Below the pieces are notes generated by a model. It saw nothing but the letters and a program-made list of their open reading frames with translations, was not told the origin of the DNA and did not search any database. A DNA stretch of 64,000 bases from contig OZ037768.1 in NCBI GenBank assembly GCA_964035545.1, positions 17,281,875 through 17,345,874 on the forward strand. The letters run 5' to 3'. Each line of letters begins with the position of its first letter. Position 1 is the first letter of the stretch. Of this stretch, positions 1 to 13,491 are shown one piece after another. The stretch comes from Bugula neritina (lineage: Eukaryota > Animalia > Bryozoa). Made by a program: the position numbers and the translations under genes.

Positions 1-2288
1 TATTATAAACATAATAAAGCATAATTTGCTGTTTTTTAACTTGCATTAAAAATAATTATATACCTTCATAGTACATGGCAAAAGTGCATAGTTTTGTAAG
101 CATGAAGAAATAAAATGCTAGAAAACAATTTTATTGCTTTCAAAAATAAAGCTATCATTCCTTTTTATGGTTTGCTTAAAAAGAATGTTTTTAAAATTTT
201 AACCATCGCTAAAGTTATATAGTACATAATCCACTATAAGTATGACCACAGTTTCGAGCGCATGATGAATCTGGAATTGCAATGTTTTATTGCCTATTGA
301 ACAACTTTGAAAATGGAAAAAGTTATAGTAACTGTTATAACTTAATCTTAATTTCTCTTTGAGATTCTGGTATTACTTTGTAAAATATAAGGATTTTCAA
401 TTGCGTATGTCTTTCTATAAAAACGTATGGAAAGATAACTTGCAAACTCAACCCTGAAAAAAGAGTGTTTTTTATTAGAGTTCTTTATCATTATATATTT
501 TTGTTTGCCAATATGAGATGAAAATAATGCTCAGGGCTTACGATTTTTACCCCCTCAATACTTCATTTCTCTCTAAAGTTTATACTAGATGTCTGAGCTT
601 TAAAGCAGTCTGGCTTTACCATTGAAATACAAGTTTAGTTGGAATTTTTCAATTCAAATTAGTATAAAGGATATTATCACTGCATGTCTGTTATAATTTC
701 AACTATAGAGTTTATATCTTACTATACTTATTATGACTATAATTATCCTGCTTTCCTTGTTGCTTTATTTAAATCGATGAACACTGATCAATTTATATTA
801 AAAGTCATTTGTCAAAGTGTGAATTATTAGGTTTCAGCAGCACTGCACCGGCCCCAGAATATGCAAATATAATTAGAAGCTTACTATATCATTTCCTTGC
901 CATTAGTTAAAGTATTTTTTACAACACTGCTCAAATAACTCGATTTAAAAGTCGGACAGTTTGATTTGTTATGTTTTTAATTAGTCTGTGGATTTTATCT
1001 GTAGTTATCTAGCTTGTTTATATGACAATGAATTGTGCATGTTGGCTATATTATGTTTCAAGTGTCCTGAGTGGTTTTTAATTAGAAAATAATATCAATG
1101 TAATCTCTTAATACATTATTTTGGTTTTAATAATTACAGTACCAATTCATAACATGAAGCGAACTTATTTTGTATTGCCTTGGTTGATTGCTCGGAGATT
1201 ATGCAATAAAAAGTATATTCCACTAAGTCCATATTCTCCAGCAGCAACCTTTTTATATAGTTATATATGACAATAACAGTTTTATTTTCTCAACTAAGTC
1301 CCATTACCAGTTTGCTATTTTGTAACACATAGTTCTAGCCCACTGATTTAAAATATGAAGAACATCTTGCGCAATAGCTCAGTTGCACTTGGAGTTGCCT
1401 TTCTTATATTAGCAAACAACAGAAGTGTATAACTCTTACTGCATTTCAGGTGCGCTATGTTATTATAAATATAGCTAATTTATTTTAAAACCAATCCAAA
1501 AGTTGCAACATTCATGCGCTTAAAAAGTTAAACATGATGTTTCCTGATCTACTGCCCAACTAAATTTGCTCCAGGAAGAGTGGATGAGTCATAGCTTGTA
1601 ATTAGCTTACTTCCCTCTATGCAACCCTTGCCTACTTGTAGTATATCAGCTAATAGATGCAAGCCACGTGTTTACTGTTACTAACTATACCAAATATTGT
1701 GACAGACTATAATTTACTAAAGTATACCTACTGCTAACTTAAACCAGCAAACTAATGCTTTTAAACTATAATATATATACTAGCACAGGTTTGAAAATAT
1801 GAATTCTTTTGAGAAATAGTTAGTATGTTGTTAGGGTTTATTTAAAGAGTTTAGTTTGGTATGTTAATTGCACCATTACTACCTTTAGTAAAACAACCTG
1901 CCTCAATTCATTTTATCATCATCTCAAACATAAAGAGTGACAAATCCCCTAAGTGCATTTGTGTAGGGGTATCATAGTGCTATTTTATATTACTGAGTAG
2001 AATTGCTGACAAACTTGCTGACTGCCTTTTGCTGTTCATGTTGTGGAAAAGAAGGATTGCATGCACTATATAGTTACGCTTTTGAATTGATATTTATTGA
2101 TTTTATGAATATTTCAGAAGTTTCACAAAAATAAAATACATCTCAGAAAATATAGAACATATTGCTGATATAGAACGATAGTACATTTAACTCACACTGT
2201 GACAAAACATGGTTTAAAAAATATATGGATTTTAGATATCTGTGGGCTTAGAAGCCAGTCCTTTCAAAGCTTGTAGTCCTGTGCTGTA

Positions 2289-3007
2289 TTAGTACCAGAA
2301 ATACCAATATATCCAACCCCAACGCAGTCCCTGAAGCAAGATTATAAAATAGAAGGATTACACCACAAAAATGCTATTACAATTGATTCAATAGTTTAGC
2401 TTGTAAATGCATCTGTTTTTATATTCCCCATTATTACGAAATTATTTATCGAACTATAAACATCAAAATTACAACTTTTTGACAGGTGTTTTCTTGTTTT
2501 TAAATTTGAATTTTGATACCATTGCTTACCACAACAACACAAGCAGCAATGAAGATAGCTGTTCCAATGCCAAGGGTCCAGCCGGTCCAGCATTTAGCCT
2601 GGTACATTCTTTTTCTGTAGCTAACAGAGTTTCCTCTCTCTCCCTCATGTTTAGCTATCATAGCATGAACCAATCCAACTACTCCACATGGCAGACAGCA
2701 GAAGATGGTGGCCAGAATGCTCCACACATACCAACATGTGGTGCTTGATTGGTCAACCTGGAATATTCAAGGAGTAACAGAAAATAAACAACAAACATTT
2801 ATACATACATATAAATGAAAAGAGAGCTACAATACTTATCCCACCATAGCTGTTGAGTGTAATAATATGTGTATAATGTTATACCTGAGTAACAGGCATC
2901 ATAACAGCAGTGTGCTGTTGGTAAACGGGTGGAAGTGTGCCTTGTGGGCTGGAAAAGTATGCTTCTTGCTCCTTAGTCATCTCTGGTGCCACTCCGTTTG
3001 TTGTCAT
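2289..3007 (-). CDS. CD225/dispanin (IFITM/PRRT-like) membrane protein, cluster gene 1, ~130 aa, short Trp/Tyr-rich C-tail
   Basis: Exons 3007-2885 (MTTNGVAPEM...GTLPPVYQQHTAVMMPVTQ|gtat), 2757-2530 (VDQSSTTCWYVWSILATIFCCLPCGVVGLVHAMIAKHEGERGNSVSYRKRMYQAKCWTGWTLGIGTAIFIAACVVVV|gtaagc) and 2330-2289 (cag|GLRWGWIYWYFWY*). All junctions are phase-0 GT-AG. The FCCxPxG...G[ND]...AKxW pattern with two hydrophobic segments is the CD225 signature. Exon 3 is the least certain part. Confidence 0.8.
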
Positions 3008-3219
3008 GATTTCTTCAAACAAAGAATATATGAAAATATTTTAAATAAACATCAGTATTATACTATATTAATGGCACAACAAGCATGTAATTAAAAGAAA
3101 ATGCAGTTGAGTTTAAAATGGCAAACCTACCTACTGCTGCAGGCAAAAGCACGTCAGGACAATATGAAGTTAGAAATGAATATGATAGCTCCACAACTAA
3201 TCGATAAAAATACAGGTCA

Positions 3220-3229
3220 GTCACGTGAC
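3220..3229. promoter_or_regulatory. Palindromic E-box / CLEAR-type motif GTCACGTGAC upstream of CD225 gene 1
   Basis: Exact GTCACGTGAC about 90 bp upstream of the putative non-coding first-exon donor (gtaggt at ~3130), with CCAAT at ~3236. Motif match only. Confidence 0.4.
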
Positions 3230-4374
3230 GAATAACCAATTAGAAACCTTGACAATTAATGCATGATTAACCATATCAGTTTACAAGAGATGCATTGTGC
3301 CTTGTGCTTTGGGAGGCAAGTGAATGCATCATTTATTTGGTTTATTTATTTAGCTTTTCTCACATGATGCAAAAATCAATATTCTATGGTTTGATTATAT
3401 TGTATTCATTATATAATCGGAATAGGCTATATATAGGTCTGCTTGACCTATATAATTGTTTTGCTAGTTCAGCTAAACTAAGCAGCTCAATTGATCCGTT
3501 TAAATTCGCCATTAGTTAATGAGTATTATAAGCCATAAGATGTACGGAGCATGAATACCTATAGCATGCACGTCATATATGATGATTCACACAAGCATGC
3601 AGGGTACATATCATTATTATGTTAGTAATTGCGCAAGAACTAGTAAGTTCACATGCAGATAGTAAAGTTTTAATAGCTGCACATGTAATAGTGCAGCTGT
3701 TCTTTGGTAGGCTAGTAGTATATTATTAGTAGGAACGAAAAAGTAAAGCAACCTGTTACATCAAATTCCAATAACTTAAGCTCCTGAAACATGTCCACAT
3801 TGCAAATAGCACTATAGGTGCAGAAGTGGAGAAATTTGAATAGCCTGGATTCTTTAACTTTATAGATGAGCATTTTGGGACATGAGCTAAAACTCCCCCT
3901 AGAACATGGTACATTTCTAACCTAGAACACAGGATATTTCTCTATTTTTTTGTTATTGAACTGTCCACCAATTGACAGTTTTGAAAAGTGCCTCATTAAT
4001 TTTAATATTATTTTATAGTTTGTGCATTTTGTTTCCCTATTCGTAGAACAATAATTCACAGATATTTAACCAACTGTATTTGTAATTACAAATTTGATAA
4101 AGTTGCACTAATAGTTATAAAAACAATAATAGATAACATAATCTAGCTAAATTTAGTGTTGTCATTAAGCTCACTTAAATATAATGGCTGTTATTGTAAT
4201 CACAAACAAGATAACTGTGTTTTATATGTAATGATAACTAAATAAAAATTGCAAAAATCAGCCTCACTAGTTACTACTTTATACAGTGAATTAGTAATGA
4301 ACTTATTGCAACATGTTGCAACATATTGTTATTGCAACTTATTACACAACAGAAAAAAATGGTTGAATTAAACC

Positions 4375-4712
4375 CAGGGTGTTCAACACTTTCACTGAAA
4401 GGGAATATTTCGGTAGCTATAAAGGCCACTTTGTAAAATTTCGTTTGAGTTGGGGGCCACGGCATGAGTATTTTTCAAATTATTTTACCCCAAATTTCTA
4501 TGAATCATTGTGCAACAAAGTCCCAATAATTACTTCTTGCTGCCTGTTTTGTATATATATATAGCATGTATATATATAAGACATCTAAAATCTGGTTTTT
4601 CCACTCTAATTCATATATGTGTGCAAAATAACTTTATTTGTTATGCCTCTGAGGGCCACAATATAGGCTGGGGGCCTCATTCAGCCCTAGGGCCGCTTGT
4701 TGGACAGCCCTG
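4375..4712. mobile_element. Non-autonomous hAT/Charlie-like MITE
   Basis: Imperfect TIRs CAGGGTGTTCAACA... and ...TGTTGGACAGCCCTG. Flanking 8-mers ATTAAACC and ATTTAAAC match at 6/8, consistent with a decayed 8-bp hAT TSD. No coding capacity. Confidence 0.55.
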
Positions 4713-4898
4713 ATTTAAACTATAGAAAAGTATCAATAATTAGCCCTGTGGATGTTTTTGTTTTTTAGTTATCAATCGTTACTTGATTGACCCATAATAA
4801 ACACTGCTTCTATATCTTCAGACTGAGGTTTTCCACCTCTAACCTGAGGTTCTCATAATTAAAGAGTAGACAACTCTTAACCTATATTCATTGATGTA

Positions 4899-6818
4899 TC
4901 TTGTCTTGTCTTGTCTTGTCTTGATTTAGTTCCAAGACCCCAAATAGGGGAAAGGTGGAACTATCGGATGTTCAGGTCTTTTTTTATTAGTCTGCTAGTG
5001 TTTCTCCCGTGCGTAGTTCACGGGCTGTTCTAATGAGGAAGCTATGCAGGAACTTATTAGTATTACAGGATATTGAATTAAAAGAGTTACTGTCCCCAAT
5101 ATTGGTATTACGGAGAGATTTCATGGAGTTAAGAGTGTTAATTAGGTTAGGGAAGAATGCTTCATGCTGCAACACTTCGAAGAATAGCGTGAATCTGTGT
5201 TCTTGTCTGGATTTATTTTAAGTTTAACTCCGCCTTGGATTCGGTCACTGAGACATCCCAGCCTTTTAAGTTTTTTACAAAACGTACTGCCTTGTTTTGA
5301 ACTTTCTCTAGATTGTTGCTTAGCATGAGATGTGCAGGATCCCAAATTTCGCAGGCATACTCTAGAAGCGGTCTACACAGGGTAGTGTATGCTATGAGCT
5401 TAACTTTAACTGGAGCATCATAGAGTACATTTTTGATTAATCATTGCTTTATTGACTGCTGAGTTTATGTGATAATCCCACTTTAAATCATGTACCAAAT
5501 AGATTCCTAGGTATTTTACACAGCTACTTTGTACTAATTGTTCGTTGCTCAAATAATAAGTGTGCGTTATAGGTCTAGGGCTTTTATCAAACACAATGAT
5601 GTTGCTTTTTGTTGCATTGAATTTCATGGAATTCTTAATACTCCAGTTGTGTAGAGCGTTAAGGTCATTTTGCAAATTTTCCTTGTCTTCGTCTTTAGAT
5701 ATATGCGTATATAGTATAGTGTCATCTGGGAAGAGCCTTACAGTGCAGTATTTTACACATTTAGTGATGTCATTAATGAAAAGTGTGAAAAGTGCAGGCC
5801 CTAAAACGCTACCTTGAGGGACACCTGAAGTAACAGCTACAGCATCAGATTTGTGGCCTTTAATCACCACTCTCTGAAAACGACTGGTTAGAAACGAGGA
5901 TATCCATTTTACTAAAAGAGGATTTACTTTGTACTCAATAAGTTTCTGAATCAACAGATGATGGGGAACTAAATCAAAGGCCTTAGAGAAATCTAGCACT
6001 GCCGCATGTGTAGCCATTCCATTGTCCATATTACTCAATATGTCATGTGTTAGGCAGGCCAATTGAGTTGTGCAAGACAGGTGACTTCTAAAACCATGCT
6101 GGTTTATGGACAGGATCTCATTCAATTTGTTTTGCATAAGGTGAAGTATAATGTGCTCCATCATTTTACAGACTATTGATGTTAAGGATATTGGTCTATA
6201 GTTAGAGGGCAACTCACGATTTCCTTGTTTGAATATTGGTGTGACATGAGCCAGCTTCCACTCTGATGGAAGTGTACCTGTTGTTAATGTATAGTTGTAG
6301 ATGGAAGCTAATAGGGAAGAAATAATTTCAGGGGAGAGCAGTAGCTTTTGTTTGCTAATAGAGTCTGGCCCTGAAGCTTTACCATTTTTGAGAGACTTAA
6401 TCAATTTTAACACACCTTCAGAAGTTACTAATATGTTATCTGCATCAGTTGGAGCCGGAGCTTCTGGGAGCACACATGCTGGTGTAAAAACACTGTGAAA
6501 ATACAAGTTCAAAGTATTAGCAATGTCAAATAAATCATTAGAGCTGGTCTTTTCACTAATTTGAATGCTTGAAATACTGTTATTGTTGCCTTTAATTTCT
6601 TTAACATATCTGTAAAAAGGTTTCGAGTCTCCATTTGCCAATGGGTAGTATAACTTTTCACACATGAAGTCTTTTTTGAGTATTTTAAATAGTTTTTTGT
6701 TTTCACGCCTTAGTTTTTTGTATTTGTCAAATAAAACAGAATCACCTGTGAGCTTGTATCGTGAGTAAAGTTTTCTTTGCTTGTTGCAAGCTCTTTGAGC
6801 ATCTTTATTAAACCAAAT
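4899..6818 (-). mobile_element. 5'-truncated, decayed non-LTR retrotransposon (CR1/L2-group LINE), RT region
   Basis: RT ORF 5418-6665 has NYRPISLTS, QHGFR, LDFSKAFD, GVPQGSVLGP and KYLG; the catalytic motif reads FPDD instead of FADD. The frame extends 5' to IWFNK at ~6818. Two frameshifts near 5400-5440 precede CRPLLEYACEIWDP. The 3' end has a (CAAGA)n tail at ~4899-4923. Confidence 0.9.
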
Positions 6819-9108
6819 ATAATGTATATTTACATTATATAGCGGAGACTGCTATTTACCACTTAGTACATATCTTGCAGTAATATTGGAAGGAAATGCT
6901 TACTAACTTCGAATTTTTCACATTTCATTAAACTAACTTTAGTGTTTATAGAACACATAGCTTTACACTCTTGACTTTTATGTAACTGATTATTTTATTG
7001 AGTTGGCCTAATAAGTTGTAAAAGACCTTTTTTCATCAATGCCTCCATTAGGTGGAAAAACACCATGTTGTGCGTGACTGTGTCAGCCATGTATTTGCAC
7101 TAGCAGCTCTATTCATTAGCTACGATGAATAGAATATAAAGCATTCATTATAGTCATAACAAAGGAGGGATAACTTTTTATTTGTTACGCCACTTGTAGT
7201 CATAACATGCTTCCATAATATTTTTCATATCAAATCGCACTCAGATGATTTTGTCGGGAATTGATGAATTATCAGGCCTGATTTCGAAATTATGCGGAAT
7301 GTAAGAGAATAACTTGAGTTCACATATTATGACTCATGGCTAACCTTTTTGTAGGTTTTGCTGTGCTTCATGTTAATTTTTTTCAATCCTATTATATTTA
7401 TTATGCAACTTCACCAGTTTTAAAGCTGTTTTAGTTGTTATGTTAAATTTGGGTATTCAATTTAGAGTGCTACTTGATTAATTTTAGAAAACTTCAACCA
7501 AGTGCTAGAATGCTGCCCTTTTTTTTGAGCTGCCAGAGCTGCACATATCTCACCCATGCAGATGATGGCACCAGCCTTGTAAACTAATACTTTTAGTCTA
7601 ATTATGTGCTATAGTTTGTGTTTGCCCGAGTTTCTCAATATTGGCTGTGAAACTCTTCTGCCAACTATTTAGTATCCGTACAATATGTTTGGTTTAAACA
7701 GTTTTTAGGATCAAATATCTGCATTTTTTTACTCTCCATTTTTAGGTTTGGTGTTTGACTTGAAAGTGTATTACTAGATAGCACTGCAGCTTTAAGTTGT
7801 CAACACTTCCCTTCAATCAGGGTGTTCCAGTACAAAATAAACTGCTATTTTTTATGAAAAACAATATTTTACGCAACAAATATCTGGTAGATACAATGCT
7901 AGTAATAAACTGTAAATTCAGGTTCTATAATGGTTTGGTATCAATCTTCAGCTTTGTAACCATGACTATAGCTTTTCTAGGGAGTTATTTTCAAAATTAC
8001 AAAAGATGCAGTGTCTATAATATGAGCAGCAAAACCTCAAGCGCATCTCCATAATGGTGTATGACAGTTGCTGGTAGTTTATTGTATCATTAGACACAGC
8101 CAAAGTATGTGAGGTGCTGCTATAAGTCATCAGGATACTCACTGAAATAAAAGCAGATATTCATACAAAATAGGTACACATACAGTACAACTGTACTTAC
8201 AAACAAGTCCAATGTATTCAAAGTTAACACGAGTTATGGTAATGATGACTATTTTTAATATAAAAGGCTTTACTAAATTTCCACCAGCTTAGAATTTAGA
8301 GCCTAGTTTTAAAGTAAAATCTAATATATTATTGTAGAGAAGCGTAACTGGGACTAATCTCTGTATAAGTCTTGTAGCGTCCTTTATTAATAACTTTAAA
8401 ATCAAATATAGTTACAATATGCATAGCTAATTAGTAAATACTGTAGTAGATATGGTAGTGCTGGTTATAATGGTTTGCACATGCAATACTATACATTAGC
8501 CTACAATAGTGGCAGCTTTCAGCCTGTATTGCAAAACAGCATCGTCTGCTGAATGCATCAGTTAAAATATTATTTATTATTATATATTAGGGCGTGATGC
8601 TATACCAACTCATGTGTACCAATTTAGGGATATTTTTTAGTTTTCAGGTAACTACTTCAGTTGTTTTTAATAGAAACGCATCATGGACTTTGAAAACAAG
8701 TGGAAGGAACGTCTTCCATCAGCTTAGAATTGATTGGTTGCTTGCGTACTTATTATTTCGACACAAATGTTTTCTACCGATACGCTCCAATTTATCCCAG
8801 GCTAACTGCATTACTAAAATACAACAACTTATGAACAGAAAGCTAAATTTTTTATTATAGTTTATTGTTTTTAAATTTATTTGTTTAATATAGTAGACTA
8901 GCATTGTTATTTATTTTGTAGTCATTGGTAAAGTGTTTAAATTAGAGAGTTGAGCGCAGTTTCAAGTTATTACTGTTGTATGCATGCTGTGACTCATTAC
9001 TTTCCTTAGTATTGAGCGCATAGATATAATAATATTATTATACGACTAAGGCAAGGAGCGCGTTGACATTAGCAGGCAGCTAGTAAAATTGAAGCTTCCC
9101 AACTAAAT

Positions 9109-10560
9109 ATGACGAAGACAAAGTTCCTCTCTGCCGAGTTAAAACCGGCTGAAACTTTATCAAGTAATCTACAATATACAGCTGTCAGAATAAATGATGG
9201 TGAAGAAACTCCTGCAAAAGTAGGTTCTTTATTCCATATTGATATTTCATTAGACTCAATAAAAGTGTGAAGCAATAGTAATTCAGAGTAGATTCCATGA
9301 TAGTTGTTAACTGTTGGCGATATCTTACATTTTTTTTTCAATAAATTTTTTGTTCTGCCAGACTAAAATATAGATACCAGTTTTGTTTTTTTTACAGCGT
9401 CCTAACATAATCAGTTTTAGCTTATATGACAGCTCTTGCACCTATATAACTATAAGTAGTTGTTCAACTCTGAAATATCATAAATTTTCTCAAACTCCTG
9501 AATACAAGCAAAGAATGGAATTTTATAATAATTATGGGCAAGAAAGTTGGGTTGAAGTATAATGGATTGAAGTCAAAAGTTTGCCCATCATGATAAAAAC
9601 ATATTTGTAGAAGATTTAAATAAACAGGCGTATAAATAGAAGGATGTTGAGGACAATAATTAAAGGAGAATAAGGAGAAATATATAAGTATAACAGAGTT
9701 TAGTTCTTAAGTCTCATGGTATTTTGTTGGTGCTTAGGTAACCCTATGCATGCAGGGGAAACATTTAATACAGTAATGCTACATATTTAAGTCTATGTTG
9801 GTTATGGCTAGATTTTTGTATATGTAGTGTTTATACCTATATTTATACTGTGGTCTTTTTAAAAATCCAAGTCATTTAGAGCTAGTAAAGTACCTTGTGG
9901 GATTGAGACTAATGCACAATTCAAAAACGTAAAAAATAAATTAAAACAGCAAGTTTACATGACAGGAAGTTGAAATATCATGAAGATTTAGTTGATCTGG
10001 TGTCAGAGTATGGACTTTCACAATATGATTATTTTATGTAGGTTGATACGTCAGCAGCTACTTGTTGGTACGTTTGGGGTGTCATCTCAACTATCTTCTG
10101 CTGTCTGCCATGTGGAGTGATTGGATTGGTCCATGCTATGATAGCTAAACATGAGGGAGAGAGAGGAAACTTTGCTGGTCACAGACAGAGACTCTACCAG
10201 GCTAAATGCTGGACCGGCTGGTCTATTGCGCTTGGACTGCTTGTACTGTTTGTACTAATTCCTACTGTAAGCTACTTCAGCATTTCCGTATAAGCATATT
10301 AAAAAAGCAGTTTCTCGTGTTATTTAATAATTGTTATTCTAATTGCTTGCCATTTCTTTCTTCCGGTAAGCGATGGTGATCAGCTTTCATCAACTTGTAC
10401 TATGTTTAATGCGATGAAAAGAGTTCTCATTTCTTGAAACTATATTTATTTGCAGATATTGTATGTCAACAGAGGATATTGTGGAACTGAGGACTACTAC
10501 TATGGTGAAAGGTATTATATTAATGCTAATGGAACTTATAATGGCACATCGACTCCGTAA
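9109..10560 (+). CDS. CD225/dispanin membrane protein, cluster gene 2, ~146 aa, Tyr-rich C-tail
   Basis: Exons 9109-9219 (MTKTKFLSAELKPAETLSSNLQYTAVRINDGEETPAK|gtaggt), 10042-10266 (VDTSAATCWYVWGVISTIFCCLPCGVIGLVHAMIAKHEGERGNFAGHRQRLYQAKCWTGWSIALGLLVLFVLIPT|gtaagc) and 10456-10560 (ILYVNRGYCGTEDYYYGERYYINANGTYNGTSTP*). Phase-0 GT-AG junctions. Absent from the ORF track. Confidence 0.85.
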
Positions 10561-12040
10561 TCCTTTATGAGAACTAAGATGATGTAATATTTTCTGCATT
10601 GTTGGGAAACATTTTAATGAACGCTAACTCATTATCCTGCAACTGTTTTATATAAATTTAAAAGATGTAACTTTTATATATTACTAATCCACTTTTATTA
10701 TTTGAAATGAAATCTACATAATAAACATTATTATTATTAATTTTACACTCTAATCATGTCATACTTTTGTATGACCTCATTGTATATTTTTCTTTATTTA
10801 TTTTGCAACATTCCTTTTTCTACTTATAGCTAGCAAATTATTGTAAACAATTTCCTTCTAAAAAAATTGAATAAAACACTTTTTACTCATAATACTGCTA
10901 ACTTTATATCCAGGCTGTTCTAGATTCTAGAGGATTATTAATAGAACCCTCTAAGATGCAGTGTCTATAATATGAGCAGCAAAACCTCAAGCGCATCTCC
11001 ATAATGGTGTATGACAGTTGCTGGTAGTTTATTGTATCATTAGACACAGCCAAAGTATGTGAGGTGCTGCTATAAGTCATCAAAATAAAAGCATATATTA
11101 GTACAAAATAGGTACACATACAGTACAACTGTACTTACAAACAAGTTCAATGTATTCAAAGATAACAGAATTATGGTAATGATGACTATTTTTAATATAA
11201 AAGGCTTTACTAAATTTCCAACAGCTTAGAATTTAGAGCCTAGTTTTAAAGTAAAATATAATATATTATTGTAGAGAAGCGTAACTGGGACTAATCTCTG
11301 TATAAGTCTTGTAGCGTCCTTTATTAATAACTTTAAAATCAAATATAGTTACAATATGCATAGCTAATTAGTAAATACTGTAGTAGATATGGTAGTGCTG
11401 GTTATAATGGTTTGCACATGCAATACTATACATTAGCCTACAATAGTGGCAGCTTTCAGCCTGTATTGCAAAACAGCATCGTCTGCTGAATGCATCAGTT
11501 AAAATATTATTTATTATTATATATTAGGGCGTGATGCTATACCAACTCATGTGTACCAGTTGGAGAACATTTTCTTAGTTTTCAGGTAACTACTTCAGTT
11601 GTTTTTAATAGAAACGCACCATGGACTTTGAAAACAAGTGGAAGGAACGTCTTCCATCAGCTCAATTGGTTGCTTGCGTACTTATTATTTCGACACAAAT
11701 GTTTTCTACCGATACGCTCCAATTTATCCCAGGCTAACTGCATTACTAAAATACAACAACTTATGAACAGAAAACTAAATTTTTTATTATAGTTTATTGT
11801 TTTTAAATTTATTTGTTTAATATAGTAGACTAGCATTGTTATTTATTTTGTAGTCATTGGTAAAGTGTTTAAATTAGAGAGTTGAGCGCAGTTTCAAGTT
11901 ATTACTGTTGTATGCATGCTGTGACTCATTGCTTTCCTTAGTATTGAGCGCATAGATATAATAATATTATTATACGACTAAGGCAAGGAGAGCGTTGACA
12001 TTAGCAGGCAGCTAGTAAAATTGAAGCTTCCCAACTAAAT

Positions 12041-13491
12041 ATGACGAAGACAAAGTTCCTCTCTGCCGAGTCAAAACCGGCTGAAATTTTATCAAGTAGT
12101 CCACAATATACAGCTGTCAGAATAAATGATCGTGAAGAAACTCCTGCAAAAGTAGGTTCTTTATTCCATATTGATATTTGATTAGACTCAATAAAAGTGT
12201 GAAGCAATAGTAATTCAGAGTAGATTCCATGATAGTTGTTAACTGTTGGCGATATTTTACATTTTTTTTCAATAAACTTTTCGTTCTGCTAAACTAAAAT
12301 ATAGATACCTGTTTTGTTTTTTTTACAGCGTCCTAACATGATCAGTTTTAGCTTATATGACAGCTCTGGCATCTATATAACTATAAGTAGTTGTTCAACT
12401 CTGAAATATCATAAATTTTCTCAAACTCCTGAATACAAGCAAAGAATGGAATTTTATAATAATTATGGGCAAGAAAGTTGGGTTGAAGTATAATGGATTG
12501 AAGTCAAAAGTTTGCCCATCATGATAAAAACATATTTGTAGAAGATTTAAATAAACAGGCGTATAAATAGAAGGATGTTGAGGACAATAATTAAAGGAGA
12601 ATAATGAGAAATATATAAGTATAGCAGAGTTTAGTTCTTAAGTCTCATGGTATTTTGTTGGTGCTTAGATAACCCTATGCATGCAGGGGAAACATTTAAT
12701 ACAGTAATGCTACATATTTAAGTCTATGTTGGTTATGGCTAGATTTTTGTATATGTAGTGTTTATACCTATATTTATACTGTGGTCTTTTTAAAAATCCA
12801 AGTCATTTAGAGCTAGTAAAGTACCTTGTGGGATTGAGACTAATGCACAATTCAAAAATGTAAAAAATAAATTAAAACAGCAAGTTTACATGACAGGAAG
12901 TTGAAATATCATGAAGATTTAGTTGATCTGGTGTCAGAGTATGGACTTTCACAATATGATTTTTTGATGTAGGTTGATACGTCAGCAGCTACTTGTTGGT
13001 ACGTTTGGGGTGTCATCTCAACTATCTTCTGCTGTCTGCCATGTGGAGTGATTGGATTGGTCCATGCTATGATAGCTAAACATGAGGGAGAGAGAGGAAA
13101 CTTTGCTGGTCACAGACAGAGACTCTACCAGGCTAAATGCTGGACCGGCTGGTCTATTGCGCTTGGACTGCTTGTACTGCTTGTACTAATTCCTACTGTA
13201 AGCTACTTCAGCATTTCCGTATAAGCATATTAAAAAAGCAGTTTCTCGTGTTATTTAATAATTGTTATTCTAATTGCTTGCCATTTCTTTCTTCCGGTAA
13301 GCGATGGTGATCAGCTTTCATCAACTTGTACTATGTTTAATGCGATGAAAAGAGTTCTCATTTCTTGAAACTATATTTATTTGCAGATATTGTATGTCAA
13401 CAGAGGATATTGTGGAACTGACGACTACTACTATGGTGAAAGGTATTATATTAATGCTAATGGAACTTATAATGGCACATCGACTCCGTAA
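12041..13491 (+). CDS. CD225/dispanin membrane protein, cluster gene 3, ~146 aa, near-identical to gene 2
   Basis: Exons 12041-12151, 12973-13197 and 13387-13491, with the same splice sites as gene 2 and 7 coding substitutions. Confidence 0.85.

Noticed and set aside
1355-1432. Small ORF MKNILRNSSVALGVAFLILANNRSV resembling CD225 TM2 (a possible eighth copy)
   Set aside because: No FCCxPCG core or AKCW upstream and no matching splice sites; the similarity is too short to support.
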